Below, piece by piece: positions 26,572-36,801 of a DNA stretch of 52,411 bases. The position numbers were made by a program, and so were the translations under genes. The stretch is from a virus (Duplodnaviria; Caudoviricetes). The DNA lies in IMG/VR virus record IMGVR_UViG_3300037751_000149, positions 1-52,411 of that record; one strand, written 5' to 3'. Numbering within the stretch: position 1 is the stretch's first letter; the number at the start of each line of letters is the position of its first letter. Below the pieces are notes generated by a model. The model had not been told where the DNA came from. It was given only the letters and a program-made list of their open reading frames with translations, and ran no database searches.

Positions 26572-28056
26572 TTAATTCCCCAGAATTTTCTTTGCGGAGC
26601 CGGGACCGTATTGAGCGTCAAATTGTGCTGCAAGTTTGGGGTTCGCCTTCAGGGCGGCGACGTGGTTGTCAGGCGGTCCTGTGCGCCCCCCAATCTCCGT
26701 CGCGTTGGCCGGGTTGTCCGGGTCGATAGCGTATGGGGTCTTTATGGTGGTGATCCCATCCGGCCCAACCTCTTCCCTGGTGACAATCTGGTATTTCGGC
26801 TGCCCCTTGCCGCTCAACGCCAGAATATCCCGCTTCCGCTCCGGGGAGGTATTGGGGTTGCTGTATTCGGCCCGCAGGCTTGCCGCCTGCCTTGCCTCTT
26901 CCGCCTGCTGGTTCTTGACGGATGTGTCGGCCCCAAGCTGCCCAACCTGCGCCTCGGTCAGCTTGGTCTGGTTCTGGCCCTGAGTTGTCAGATGCTCACG
27001 GTTGGCTATCGCCTGCTCTGAGGCGGTGAGGTCTGCCCGCTGGTAATGGCTGTCGGTAATGTCATTTTGCCGCGTCCGAATGCTGTTGCCCGCAACATTG
27101 TTCGTCTCGGTAATCCGGTTCCGGTCGGTGTCGTTGTTGATAACCGCCCATTTCTGGTTGTTTCTGTCCTGAATGGCCGCTCTCCGTAAACCCTCAGGGG
27201 AGGTATCAACGGTCGAAAGAGACGGGGCACTGAGGTTCCCGCGCAACCGAGAACTGGTGTCTATCCCGCTCACCCTGGCGTTGTACTCAGCCATTTGCTC
27301 ATCCGTGGGGGTTGTGGTCCTGACATCCTCGAACCTCCGCCGTGCCTCCGGGTTCACGCTGTCCGCAAACCTCACGGAGAGGTTGCCGATCTGTTGGGGC
27401 TCTTCCGGTCTCATTTCCGGTTGGCTATTCACAGGTTGCCCGCCACGGTCAAAACCAAACCGCCGAACATTCCCGTTGGGGCTCATCCCTACCCCCCGGC
27501 CCTGGTTGTCTGTGATGTAGTTGACATTCGACCCGCCATCGCCGATAGACACCGGGCCTCGCACCTCCGGCAGTGGGGTTCTAGTCAGGGTCGGCTCAGT
27601 TGGCGAGGATGTCTGGGCTTCCACCGGTTGCGCGACCATCGGCCTTGCCGGCGGAAGCGATGCGGCAGGCTCCGCCGCCGAAGTATCACCAAAGAGCGCC
27701 CGGCCAAAGGCAGAAGCCCCCTGAAATAATCCCTTCCGCGCCGGGTTGGTGGAGTCCCATGCGGCAACGGCTGGTTTGACAATCGCATCATCGGCCACGG
27801 CCAAGGGGGCAGCGATTGCCCCCCGCAACGCAGTGCCGCCCGCCGCCCCGATCCGCTGCGGCATGGTCCCATCACCATTGAAAGCCCCCGACACTTCCCG
27901 GCCAACGTCTTTCATGTAATCCGCGCCGGGAGTATTGCTGGCAAGAGAGTCAACGGCCCCGGCAACATTGGCGTTCATTTTCTTTGCGGCCCTGCTGGTT
28001 GCGGTTCCTTCTCCGTAAATATCAACCGGCTGTTTGTTGTCTTTCAAGATCGCCAT
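26572..28056 (-). CDS. putative internal virion (ejection) protein
   Basis: low-complexity A/Q/N-rich ORF before giant gene; C-terminal LKANP...QFDAQYGPGSA. Confidence 0.65.
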   Translation of the reverse strand: MAILKDNKQPVDIYGEGTATSRAAKKMNANVAGAVDSLASNTPGADYMKDVGREVSGAFNGDGTMPQRIGAAGGTALRGAIAAPLAVADDAIVKPAVAAWDSTNPARKGLFQGASAFGRALFGDTSAAEPAASLPPARPMVAQPVEAQTSSPTEPTLTRTPLPEVRGPVSIGDGGSNVNYITDNQGRGVGMSPNGNVRRFGFDRGGQPVNSQPEMRPEEPQQIGNLSVRFADSVNPEARRRFEDVRTTTPTDEQMAEYNARVSGIDTSSRLRGNLSAPSLSTVDTSPEGLRRAAIQDRNNQKWAVINNDTDRNRITETNNVAGNSIRTRQNDITDSHYQRADLTASEQAIANREHLTTQGQNQTKLTEAQVGQLGADTSVKNQQAEEARQAASLRAEYSNPNTSPERKRDILALSGKGQPKYQIVTREEVGPDGITTIKTPYAIDPDNPANATEIGGRTGPPDNHVAALKANPKLAAQFDAQYGPGSAKKILGN

Positions 28057-28066
28057 GTCAATTCTC

Positions 28067-29719
28067 CTATTCGAGTAATGCTATTCTTGAATCGTATGGG
28101 ACAAAGTGTAGCTCTTTCACTTTTATGGTTTTAATTCTGCTCTGTAAGTAGTGTTGCGTATACCCAAGCTCTTGGCTAAAATCCAGTATCTCGGCTATTA
28201 TTATATCATGTAAACTGCTCGATTGCAAAAAACTATTTGCAGAAAAGCAGGAAACCCCGTAAATATTTGGAGAAGGATATGTGTATGAATATTCATGTTC
28301 TATGTCGCCATTTGTAAAAGTCAAAGTTGATGTCATTTTTTCATAGAAATTGATGCCGCCGTAGTAAAACATGTCTGTGACAAGGTTTCTATTAAAGTCG
28401 AAATAATAATTAGAGCCATTAACGATTAGGTCTTCTATTACCTCAACTCCGGTTTCTTCTGGTGGAAGCCCAAAAAACCCAATAGCCTCATTTGGTATTC
28501 CTGTCGTATTATATGTGCCGTTTGTTGTGATTGTTTGTGGTGTCGATATTCCACCCGGAATTGTACTTGTGCTTACAAACGAATATTCTTCGGTCGAACT
28601 TTCGGTGATATACCAGGGGCCTCCATGATAATGGTCTTTAAAAATATTCGTAACAACATGGCGGCCAATGGTTATTGATACAGGAACATCTAGCAGTGTT
28701 GGTGTTATGGTGTATCTGGTCCCGCTATTTACTGTGGCCAAGTAGTTTTGAATGGTGTGATACCAGCCTCCAGACGTTGGAGTGTTGGCATAATCGGAAT
28801 GATACCACGAGTCATCGTACAAACCGGCATAGGTACGGATGTATGATTGGTCATAAATGGTGCCGCCGACCGACTCGACAAGCTCAAATGCTGGAGTTAT
28901 AGGCCCATCATCTCCATAGTATATGCTGGTGGAGCCGTAATTCCCTGGCGTTGTTCCAGCCGGTGTTGATGTGACCAGCAGGGCGTTCGCTTTTAAAAAT
29001 CTGCTGTTCGCGAGAAATGTGTTTATACCAGCAAGGTCCGAGCTTGCCGACGCCTGCAATACCCGTGCCTCTACCATGGGCAATGTTGGGCCGCTACCAT
29101 CTGTATATGCGGGGATGGTTGCTATCTTGTTCTCCATAACATCAAAAAGACAGGTTCTCTTGGGGCCACTTTCTGGGGCACTCCCCAAAAACACCTCAAA
29201 CAGGTAGTATGCCCGGTATGTCGGGAATAGGGGCCTTGGAAGATCGGATACCGTTCTATCTAGTGAGCTTATTACCCCTATTATCCCTATAATCTCTGCG
29301 CCTGAACTTTCCGGATCACTGTAAGACAGCGCCAGTACGTTTGGCCGTAACGATACCTCCTCGTTTTCGTCAAACCAGTAGATTGTGTCTTCCGGCAACG
29401 GGAACATCAGTGCGGCATCTTTAAAATACATTTCCGGGTCAACCAGCCCTGTCTCTGGATCGACAGCCTCTTCCCCCTTCAGCAACGCCTTCCGCGCCCC
29501 GCAGTCCGTGTGGACCCATACCGGCACATCCTGGTACTCAGCGCCGTCGCACTCAACGGTAATCGTCTGCCGGCTGTTCAGCTTGACAACCTTCGCCTTC
29601 TTCACGCAGCAATGCCGCAACACCTTCTCATCCAAGCCGATGGTCGCCAGATATTTCCAGTAATCATCCGGGGTCGGCTTCGGGAAACTCGGCGTTATGA
29701 TTTCCGTCTCAAGCGGCAT
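28067..29719 (-). CDS. putative tail/virion protein with AT-rich C-terminal half
   Basis: 550-aa ORF in structural block, T/Y/S-rich C-terminus. Confidence 0.65.
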   Translation of the reverse strand: MPLETEIITPSFPKPTPDDYWKYLATIGLDEKVLRHCCVKKAKVVKLNSRQTITVECDGAEYQDVPVWVHTDCGARKALLKGEEAVDPETGLVDPEMYFKDAALMFPLPEDTIYWFDENEEVSLRPNVLALSYSDPESSGAEIIGIIGVISSLDRTVSDLPRPLFPTYRAYYLFEVFLGSAPESGPKRTCLFDVMENKIATIPAYTDGSGPTLPMVEARVLQASASSDLAGINTFLANSRFLKANALLVTSTPAGTTPGNYGSTSIYYGDDGPITPAFELVESVGGTIYDQSYIRTYAGLYDDSWYHSDYANTPTSGGWYHTIQNYLATVNSGTRYTITPTLLDVPVSITIGRHVVTNIFKDHYHGGPWYITESSTEEYSFVSTSTIPGGISTPQTITTNGTYNTTGIPNEAIGFFGLPPEETGVEVIEDLIVNGSNYYFDFNRNLVTDMFYYGGINFYEKMTSTLTFTNGDIEHEYSYTYPSPNIYGVSCFSANSFLQSSSLHDIIIAEILDFSQELGYTQHYLQSRIKTIKVKELHFVPYDSRIALLE

Positions 29720-30365
29720 CTTCGTTCACCCACTTGTCATCCATCTTCTTGTTCACATGGATGGGGGAGATTATCAGCTCGTCAAAGCGCGGGCTGTTCA
29801 CCAAACAGGAGCGGTCACAGTCAAGCGGCACGGCCCACGCCTCCATCTCTGCGCCGATCGTTACCAGCACATACTGGCCCTTGTTGTACCGGCCAAAATT
29901 GGCGTCGTATGCCCCTTCAAACTTGAGGTAGTCCGGCCCGTAGCAAATCTCGACATCGTACTGAAAGAGCTGGGCCGGCAGATCCTCGTTGTAATCGACA
30001 AGCGCGGCCTCGTAATCTGCGGCAAAATCAAAGCTCTCGCGCTCCGGTATTTCCGGGTGCACCGCCGCTATCACCCCGAAAGAGAAGTGGGGGAAACACA
30101 GGCATTCCCGTTTTTCCTCTTCCACCACCACGCTCTCTGCTCCTTGCTCCCCGCCTGGCGCAACATGCACCACGATCTCTTGCAGGGAAAATCTCGACCA
30201 GCACTCCACCACCACCCCAGGAAATGGGCTGACGGTTCTTGAGCCCTGCTTCAAGCCCTGGAACGACATCAGCCTTTCCAGCTTGGCCATCTCCGCCTTG
30301 GCGAAGCCGATAAGCTCTCGGCCCCTGGCCGTGTCGCCCTTTACCGTGATCTTGACCGGGATCAT
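29709..30365 (-). CDS. putative virion protein
   Basis: coupled ORF in structural block. Confidence 0.65.
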   Translation of the reverse strand: MIPVKITVKGDTARGRELIGFAKAEMAKLERLMSFQGLKQGSRTVSPFPGVVVECWSRFSLQEIVVHVAPGGEQGAESVVVEEEKRECLCFPHFSFGVIAAVHPEIPERESFDFAADYEAALVDYNEDLPAQLFQYDVEICYGPDYLKFEGAYDANFGRYNKGQYVLVTIGAEMEAWAVPLDCDRSCLVNSPRFDELIISPIHVNKKMDDKWVNEDAA

Positions 30366-31789
30366 TACACAAGGGGCTCGGGATCAAAGGGGTGCGTCTC
30401 TGAAAGGCCGGAGCTGATATTCATGCCGATACTCCTGCTCTCCCCATGGCTCCACGTTTCATTTTCCCCATGGCTGGTCTGGGTAGTCAGCCCGGCAGAC
30501 GCATTCACCGCCCCATAAGCAGAGGCCACTGACTGCATGGCGATGTTGGCCATTGCCTCGGCCACCTTTTCCCGCAACGATGATTCCGACACGAACGCCT
30601 TGAGCGAAGAATCCGCGTTGGTGATCGCCGCCCGGAGCTGCAAGTCGGCGTTTTGGATTTTCAGGCCCCAGGCCGCGATCTGCGTGTTGTAATTCGAGGC
30701 GATTGCCTTTGTCTCCGAGTCGTACCCCTCAATTTCCGCCTTGATAACGCTTACCAGGGCCTCGTTCTTTTTGCTCTTTGCGTCGATGATCGCCCGGTAT
30801 GCCTCGGCCTCTGCCGCAAACGATGCGACCAGCCCCTTGTTGGATTCCACCGCCGCCTTCAAATTCTCAACCTGGATCTCCACATAGGCCTTGTTGGCCT
30901 CCATGGCGGACACATACGCCTTTACCTTCTCGGAATAGAGGCTTATGGAGTTGGCGGCAACAGCCTTGGCATAATCAAGGGTGTGGTCGTTTCTCTTGTT
31001 GGTGAAGTCGCGCAACACCGCTTCAAGGTCTTTGGCGGCTTGAATCATAAACTGCGAATTTTTCTGGGCGAGCTCGGCCTGCTCGATCATAATCTTGCCG
31101 TTCAGGTCCAGGTTGTTTCTGGCAATCTCGTTTGCCGCCTCCTGCAATCTGCCGGCCATGGCGCCCGGGGGCAGCTCAAACCCGCGTGAGGAAAAATAAT
31201 CCTCGATCTCGGAATAGGTCTTGGTGTTCTCCGCCGCTTGCCGCGCCAGTGCCCGGTCAAAAATCTCCTGCTCAACGGTCGCGTTCAGCCCGGTTGCCCC
31301 GGTTTGCAGGTCGGCAATCATCCGGGCCAGCAGTTCGGAATACAGCGTGGTGTCGTGGGCAGACTCAAGCCAGGACAGCGCAACCGTGATGTCTTCCGGC
31401 ATGTCAGCCGGGAGCACGGCGGAAAGATCGACCGCTGGCAGAGGCAGTAAAGACGGCGGGAGGGCGGTGAACTCCGGGAAGTCCATATCGAGCCCGGAGG
31501 TGTCAATCGCTGGCCGCGCATCCACCGGGACCACCAGGTCGGGAACATCAACGGAAAGCGGGGTGATAACCGGGGCAACGTAATCCCCGATGATGGCGTT
31601 GAGGCTTCCGAGATACCCGCTGCTGCCGTCCGTGCCCACCAGCCGCACAAGCATGTCCTCGGCAGTCTGCATGGTGGACTCGAATTTCTGCGTTACAAGA
31701 TCATAGGCCCCGTTGTACCCGCCTGCTGGGTTGGTTACGTCGCCCCAGACAAACGGGGCGGCATCAGGCTTATCTGCGTATGTCCCCAT
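30365..31789 (-). CDS. virion structural protein (coiled-coil)
   Basis: SRGFELPPGAM motif, long helical region. Confidence 0.7.
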   Translation of the reverse strand: MGTYADKPDAAPFVWGDVTNPAGGYNGAYDLVTQKFESTMQTAEDMLVRLVGTDGSSGYLGSLNAIIGDYVAPVITPLSVDVPDLVVPVDARPAIDTSGLDMDFPEFTALPPSLLPLPAVDLSAVLPADMPEDITVALSWLESAHDTTLYSELLARMIADLQTGATGLNATVEQEIFDRALARQAAENTKTYSEIEDYFSSRGFELPPGAMAGRLQEAANEIARNNLDLNGKIMIEQAELAQKNSQFMIQAAKDLEAVLRDFTNKRNDHTLDYAKAVAANSISLYSEKVKAYVSAMEANKAYVEIQVENLKAAVESNKGLVASFAAEAEAYRAIIDAKSKKNEALVSVIKAEIEGYDSETKAIASNYNTQIAAWGLKIQNADLQLRAAITNADSSLKAFVSESSLREKVAEAMANIAMQSVASAYGAVNASAGLTTQTSHGENETWSHGESRSIGMNISSGLSETHPFDPEPLV

Positions 31790-31790
31790 G

Positions 31791-32261
31791 TTATTTCACC
31801 CCAAGTTTTTTGGTCTTTGCAAATATCTTGATCGAATCAACGGAGAAGTCGCAGCCCAGAACATTGCTGAATTTGAACTTTCCGTAGGTCCATGCGTATT
31901 TTTTCATCAAGGGGATTCGTTTTGAGTGCTGGCCCTTTGAGGAGGTGGCGTCCACCGAATATGAGTGCGTGACCACCTCTTCATCGCCTGTGATCTCCAC
32001 CCGCATCTGCCCATCGCACTCATAGCCCAGGTAGAGATACCAGGGCCGCTTTTTCTCTATGCTGCCCAGATCGCTCATAACGGGGATGAAATAGGCGTCT
32101 ATCTTGACCGCATTGTCGCTGTCCCCGGTGCGGACCTTGAAAAGCCCCGCTGCTCCAGCCCCCAGAATCGCCCCGTTGAACCGGCACATCGAGTTGTAAT
32201 CGTGGGCGGTGTATTGGGATGATGCGTTGATTTTCAGGTTGGTGGTAATGGTCTGCATCAA
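31791..32261 (-). CDS. putative tail protein
   Basis: SQY...YNS...GAGAAGLF...SDLG; structural block. Confidence 0.65.
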   Translation of the reverse strand: MMQTITTNLKINASSQYTAHDYNSMCRFNGAILGAGAAGLFKVRTGDSDNAVKIDAYFIPVMSDLGSIEKKRPWYLYLGYECDGQMRVEITGDEEVVTHSYSVDATSSKGQHSKRIPLMKKYAWTYGKFKFSNVLGCDFSVDSIKIFAKTKKLGVK

Positions 32262-32974
32262 GCCTCCTCGTACCGGATTACTTCATAGCTGTCCTGGCCG
32301 GACATCTCGCCTTTCAGCACGGCCATCCGTTGTGATACGGCGGAGGCCATCGTTTCCGTCTGCTGGGCATAGGCGGAAACCACCGACACCGGCTGAGACA
32401 TGTCGCCATAGGCCACGGTGTCAACCCCGCAATTTGCCGCAATCTTCGGCCCCTTTGCCCGCAGATCCCCGTCAGCCACCAGCCAGATAACAGCCTCGCC
32501 GGACAGCGATGGCTTTGCCTGCTTGATTGCCCCGTAGCCGATTATGGGCGTTACCGCCACCGCCTCGACCGTTGACATGGGGGCGGTAAGAGTGGCCTCG
32601 TCGGACATCCGCGAATCTATGCGGCCCTTTGGCTGCACGAACTGGCCGCTGATAATTATTTCGGTGGTGGCCTCGGCGGCTATCTCCGACCCTGGCTGCT
32701 CAACGGCGAAGTCGAACAGCTTATAGGTGAACACCTCGCTGTGCATGGCTGGGGCGCTCGGGAATCCAACCGCGCCATCACAGATTATCGGCGTCACCGC
32801 TTCCGCGATCACTGCGGCGACAGGTTGATTGACATCCCCCCACAGGTAAATATCCGTGGTGGACTCCCCATCCACAACCGGCAACGGGGCGATTATGTCC
32901 ACAAAGGGGCTTGTCAGCGACCCGTCGCCAAGGATGAAAGAGATATTTCCTATATCTGGAGGCGTGTAGCTCAT
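32258..32974 (-). CDS. putative tail protein
   Basis: acidic beta-rich ORF coupled at both ends. Confidence 0.6.
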   Translation of the reverse strand: MSYTPPDIGNISFILGDGSLTSPFVDIIAPLPVVDGESTTDIYLWGDVNQPVAAVIAEAVTPIICDGAVGFPSAPAMHSEVFTYKLFDFAVEQPGSEIAAEATTEIIISGQFVQPKGRIDSRMSDEATLTAPMSTVEAVAVTPIIGYGAIKQAKPSLSGEAVIWLVADGDLRAKGPKIAANCGVDTVAYGDMSQPVSVVSAYAQQTETMASAVSQRMAVLKGEMSGQDSYEVIRYEEA

Positions 32975-33261
32975 TAGAAAACCCTGCTGTGCCCGTAAAC
33001 TGCGGTATTCTCGCCCAGCTCTCCGTCAGCGATTACCGTAAACTCTGTTGTTGAGTGGCCCATTACTTGCGTGCTGAATGCTCCGAGAGCATCCGACTCA
33101 ACGACCGCCACAGGCGTGTTTAGGTTGTGTGTTTGGAAGATATAAACTTTTCTTTTTAACCCGGCACCGTTTGGTGCGCGAACAACCCCGGCAACAGTAA
33201 CGTAGGTGTTGGGGCTTATTGATGTGTTGAATAACCCGTCCGCGATATAAATTTCTGCCAC
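32974..33261 (-). CDS. small tail accessory protein
   Basis: VAGVV...RKVYIF...SDALGAFS. Confidence 0.6.
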   Translation of the reverse strand: MAEIYIADGLFNTSISPNTYVTVAGVVRAPNGAGLKRKVYIFQTHNLNTPVAVVESDALGAFSTQVMGHSTTEFTVIADGELGENTAVYGHSRVF

Positions 33262-33264
33262 GAA

Positions 33265-34257
33265 TCAGACCTCTTCTATAAGCACATTGCGGCCGGAATA
33301 CAGGAAAAAAAACCTATAATTGGTTGCGCCTCCAGTATGCGTACTTTCTGAAGTGAACGAGCTAATGGTGCTAAGTTGATTTTTTATCGGGCCGATCCAT
33401 GTCGCTGTTGTGCTGTAAAAAATTCTCTTTGCCGTGTATTTTCCAGAAAGTGAGTCTCCCGATGCCGGGCCTGTTACCATACTGTTGTCTGGGTTCACAG
33501 CAGAATTTTTTGTGCCCGCATGGTCTATTTGGAGCGCAATAGACCCGGCTGCATTTGCGCTATTGACAACATAATTTGTGTTTTCAAGCGCAAACTTACT
33601 TCCCGCAGCATAAGAGGCCACAAAGGCTGTGAATGTCACAATGTCCCCAGCAATTTCCGCAATGACAACCCGCTCTATATTGGCCGTATCCCGGACAAAC
33701 AGCTTTGTTCCGACAGCCCATTCCCCGGGAACTGCGGTGAAGGTTACGGCTACGCTCGACCCTGCTGTTATTGCATCTGGAGCAACCGTTACCGCTTGAG
33801 AAATTGGTGAGTCCGGCATCCATCCGCCAAATCCGGCATTGTAGTTTGTTGCATATTTTGCTATTCCGATAAAATTATCCAGATCCCCGTACACCCACAT
33901 CACATTGTTTGTGGACAGGGTGTTCTGCCAGTTATTTATTGTCCCGTAAGACTGAACTCCAGCGTGTGTGGTGTTGTTCCAGTACAGATACCCAATAATG
34001 TCGATGTACCCCGACTTGTAGAGAACCTTAAAATACAAATCTCTCTGCCCGTCTTCTCCGGGGGAATACATGACAAAATAATCGTTGATCGAAATGGTAT
34101 TCTCATTCACTGCATAGACGGCATCATGCAACGTCCACCCGATCCCCGTAGTGGAGTAGTCATAGGTGCCGTTCCGCTTGCACATGAAATCACGAAACCG
34201 CACAAAGGTTTCAATGGGGTTGTTGCACGAAACGGCAATCAGGTTGGCATAGGCCAT
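33265..34257 (-). CDS. putative receptor-binding/tail protein
   Basis: N/T/Y-rich ORF, lower GC, GWTLHD motif. Confidence 0.6.
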   Translation of the reverse strand: MAYANLIAVSCNNPIETFVRFRDFMCKRNGTYDYSTTGIGWTLHDAVYAVNENTISINDYFVMYSPGEDGQRDLYFKVLYKSGYIDIIGYLYWNNTTHAGVQSYGTINNWQNTLSTNNVMWVYGDLDNFIGIAKYATNYNAGFGGWMPDSPISQAVTVAPDAITAGSSVAVTFTAVPGEWAVGTKLFVRDTANIERVVIAEIAGDIVTFTAFVASYAAGSKFALENTNYVVNSANAAGSIALQIDHAGTKNSAVNPDNSMVTGPASGDSLSGKYTAKRIFYSTTATWIGPIKNQLSTISSFTSESTHTGGATNYRFFFLYSGRNVLIEEV

Positions 34258-34260
34258 GGG

Positions 34261-34734
34261 TTACGCCTTCGGGGTGGTGTAGGTGAAGGTGCTTACGGTA
34301 CTCGGTCCATTCTCAACGATGGTCGTGTTGCTCATCCGCAGCTCATAGGCGGTGGTGGTGCCAATCGAGCCATCAACCCGAACCGCTGTGGTGCTAGCCC
34401 CGGTGGTCATAGCGTTGGCGTACCAGCGGAACCAGCCCGCTACCGTCCCGGTGCCAGCGGCGGCAAGCCCTACCCCGCTCCAAACCTCGGCAACCGCCTT
34501 GGCCAACACCCCGGCGACCGAGACATCCATGTTCAGCCCATTGGTCGCCACCCCTGGAGTAAATGCCCCGCTGTTCAGGGTGAGCAGCATCAACAGCGTT
34601 CCGCTCTCGGTATCATCGGCGGTGGTGGGCTGGGTGCCGCTGTAGATTGCGATTATGCCGTCTGCCATCAGCGATTTTACGCTGCCGGTGACGTTTACTG
34701 CGTTTACAAAGCCGGTGCTTAATCTCTCTGCCAT
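34261..34734 (-). CDS. virion structural protein
   Basis: IYSGTQPTTADD...GTVAGWFR...RVDGSIG; AGGAG SD. Confidence 0.75.
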   Translation of the reverse strand: MAERLSTGFVNAVNVTGSVKSLMADGIIAIYSGTQPTTADDTESGTLLMLLTLNSGAFTPGVATNGLNMDVSVAGVLAKAVAEVWSGVGLAAAGTGTVAGWFRWYANAMTTGASTTAVRVDGSIGTTTAYELRMSNTTIVENGPSTVSTFTYTTPKA

Positions 34735-34747
34735 GATCGTTCTCCTG

Positions 34748-34830
34748 AAATAAAAAGCCCGCAAATCACCTGTGGTGGTGAAATGCGGGCCAAAAGTTGC
34801 CGACCTCAACGGGCCGGATGATGGTTGCCG
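34748..34830 (-). promoter_or_regulatory. CGGCAAC double-box plus terminator element, copy within tail block
   Basis: CGGCAACCAT (34830-34821), CGGCAACT (34802-34795), stem GCCCGCA/TGCGGGC, TTTTTATTT. Confidence 0.8.
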
Positions 34831-34833
34831 AAC

Positions 34834-35751
34834 TTAATAAACGGTGTTAATTGCCCTGGTGCCGCTCACCAGCGTTGCTCCTTGTGAGCCCGCCGGATAG
34901 ACCAGCTTCTTTTCCGTTGCCACGACCAACTGCCCATCCTCTGTCCCGATGCACAGCCCTTTGTTGCTCGACCAAACCGCGCTCAACCCTGGCACCTGGA
35001 AAACCGTCTGGCTCAAATCAACCAGTTCGATATTCTCCGACCACTCATGCGCCGGAACAGGGGAGCGTTGGATAAACCGCATGTCGTCAAACTTGTCTCC
35101 GGCTGCGATAAACCCGGTTTTCTCCTCATCCGACACCCACACCCCCCCGGCCACCGGCTTCATCATGGTCACGTTGGAGCCGAACTGGAAAAACCTGCGG
35201 GCCATGTCGAATTTTCCGTAGGCGTATGGCTCGGAAACCCAGATCACATTGTCCTGCGCCACCCACATGCTGCCTTGGAAATGGGCCAGCTTTGTTCCCA
35301 CCGGGGCAGGCGAATAACTCCGGCTGGTGTCTGGGCCAACGTGGGTGTTTGTCGGCCAGGCCGCTGAAATTCCGTTTTCGATCACCCCGTTTTCATACCC
35401 GTTGACATAAAAGGTCTTCCCCCCAACCTGGCAAAACGAGATCCGCGCCGCCTTGGTGAGCCCCGACCGAACCCCGGACAGGCTAAAATCGGTGGCAACC
35501 TTGAAGATCGCCGCGTCTGTCGCCCGATCCTCGACCACAAAGCAATCCGCCTTGTCGCAAAACGCAGAGTGGTATACCCCGGCATCCAGCAGCGATTGAC
35601 CTGGCCGGCGCGAGATTCTGCCGGTGTCATCGATGTCCACATTGACCGCCTCGGCAAGCTCGGCCACGCCGGTTTTCGGGTCGTATTGCAACCGAACCGG
35701 ATCAACGATGTTGTTCAGCCCGGTGGATCCGGACAGGAGATTAAAAAGCAT
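34834..35751 (-). CDS. tail nozzle/stabilisation-like protein
   Basis: GLNN...AVNVDID..GRISRRPG...WVSEPY; follows adaptor. Confidence 0.65.
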   Translation of the reverse strand: MLFNLLSGSTGLNNIVDPVRLQYDPKTGVAELAEAVNVDIDDTGRISRRPGQSLLDAGVYHSAFCDKADCFVVEDRATDAAIFKVATDFSLSGVRSGLTKAARISFCQVGGKTFYVNGYENGVIENGISAAWPTNTHVGPDTSRSYSPAPVGTKLAHFQGSMWVAQDNVIWVSEPYAYGKFDMARRFFQFGSNVTMMKPVAGGVWVSDEEKTGFIAAGDKFDDMRFIQRSPVPAHEWSENIELVDLSQTVFQVPGLSAVWSSNKGLCIGTEDGQLVVATEKKLVYPAGSQGATLVSGTRAINTVY

Positions 35752-36385
35752 TCATGTCCCTTACATATTTTGGTTCACGCGGCTTTGACTCCAGGCACCA
35801 ACTTGTCAGGGTTGCCAGCGCTCGCTGATATCGCCCCTCGTATTTGTCGGTGTTCGGGGTTCCCCCCTCAATCCCATCCTCGATCTCGTTGTAAATTTCC
35901 TTGCAGGCATAGCTGACCAGCAGCGGCTTGTGCAAGTGCGCCGGAAGCTCAACCGGGACATCTGCCGCAAGAACAAGGGTTGTTGGCGCCTTGTAATACC
36001 GAAGCGTCAACGTGTCTGCCGACATGCCCTGATACAACAGGTTCACCCCCTGGATAACGACATCCTCAACCAGCCCCACCTGTGTCAACACGGGGTGTTT
36101 CTCCAAAAAGGCAAGCAGGTTGTGATAATCGTCTTTCCCGGCCCCGATCCTTATTTTTTGCACGGCGGAGCCGACCCAATACAGCCCCTTGTGATAGTTG
36201 GTGGGCAGGGCAACACTGGAGGCGCTGGCCGTGGTATTCACGGTTGCCACCGTATCCAGTGCGGGCAGATCAACCAGCCCGGCGATTTCTCCGCGCCCTT
36301 GGTTGATGTAGTCCAAGACGACATCGGCAAACGAGTCGTCTTGGACTATGCCAAGAACCGCAGCCTCAAGTTCCTCGGCAGTCAT
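35741..36385 (-). CDS. head-tail adaptor-like protein
   Basis: VLDYINQG...LP...YYKAPT-L...PVELPAHLH. Confidence 0.7.
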   Translation of the reverse strand: MTAEELEAAVLGIVQDDSFADVVLDYINQGRGEIAGLVDLPALDTVATVNTTASASSVALPTNYHKGLYWVGSAVQKIRIGAGKDDYHNLLAFLEKHPVLTQVGLVEDVVIQGVNLLYQGMSADTLTLRYYKAPTTLVLAADVPVELPAHLHKPLLVSYACKEIYNEIEDGIEGGTPNTDKYEGRYQRALATLTSWCLESKPREPKYVRDMNAF

Positions 36386-36389
36386 TGGG

Positions 36390-36743
36390 TTAATCTCTGG
36401 TCAGGGCGGAATCGTCAAACCGCACCAGGACATCGTATGCCGTGGAGTTGGTGGACGCGGCGGCAACGACCTTCAGCGGGGCGGCGGCGGTAACAGGGGT
36501 TTTCCTGGTGGCCAGGGTGGTGCTCATAACCATGCTGGACACGGTGGCTGCCCCATCTGCCGCACCAACGGTCACGGTGCCGATGGTGGTTGAGCCGACA
36601 GCCAGGGAAATGGCGGTGCCACTCCCACCGGGGGCGGTGTTGTTGACAACCTTTGCCCCGAGAACAGTACAATTCTCAAAGGCGGGAACATAAACGGTCA
36701 ACCCGCCTGTATTCGCGGGAATCTGGACAAGTACTTCTCTCAT
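36390..36743 (-). CDS. capsid decoration-like protein
   Basis: A/T/V-rich ORF directly after capsid gene. Confidence 0.6.
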   Translation of the reverse strand: MREVLVQIPANTGGLTVYVPAFENCTVLGAKVVNNTAPGGSGTAISLAVGSTTIGTVTVGAADGAATVSSMVMSTTLATRKTPVTAAAPLKVVAAASTNSTAYDVLVRFDDSALTRD

Positions 36744-36766
36744 GGTGAAATCCTCAGTGTTGGTGA

Positions 36767-36782
36767 AGCCCCCGAAGGGGCT
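36767..36782 (-). other. UUCG-tetraloop hairpin after capsid gene (no U-tract)
   Basis: AGCCCC-TTCG-GGGGCT. Confidence 0.6.
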
Positions 36783-36801
36783 CAGTGGTTAATTATTAAA
36801 A

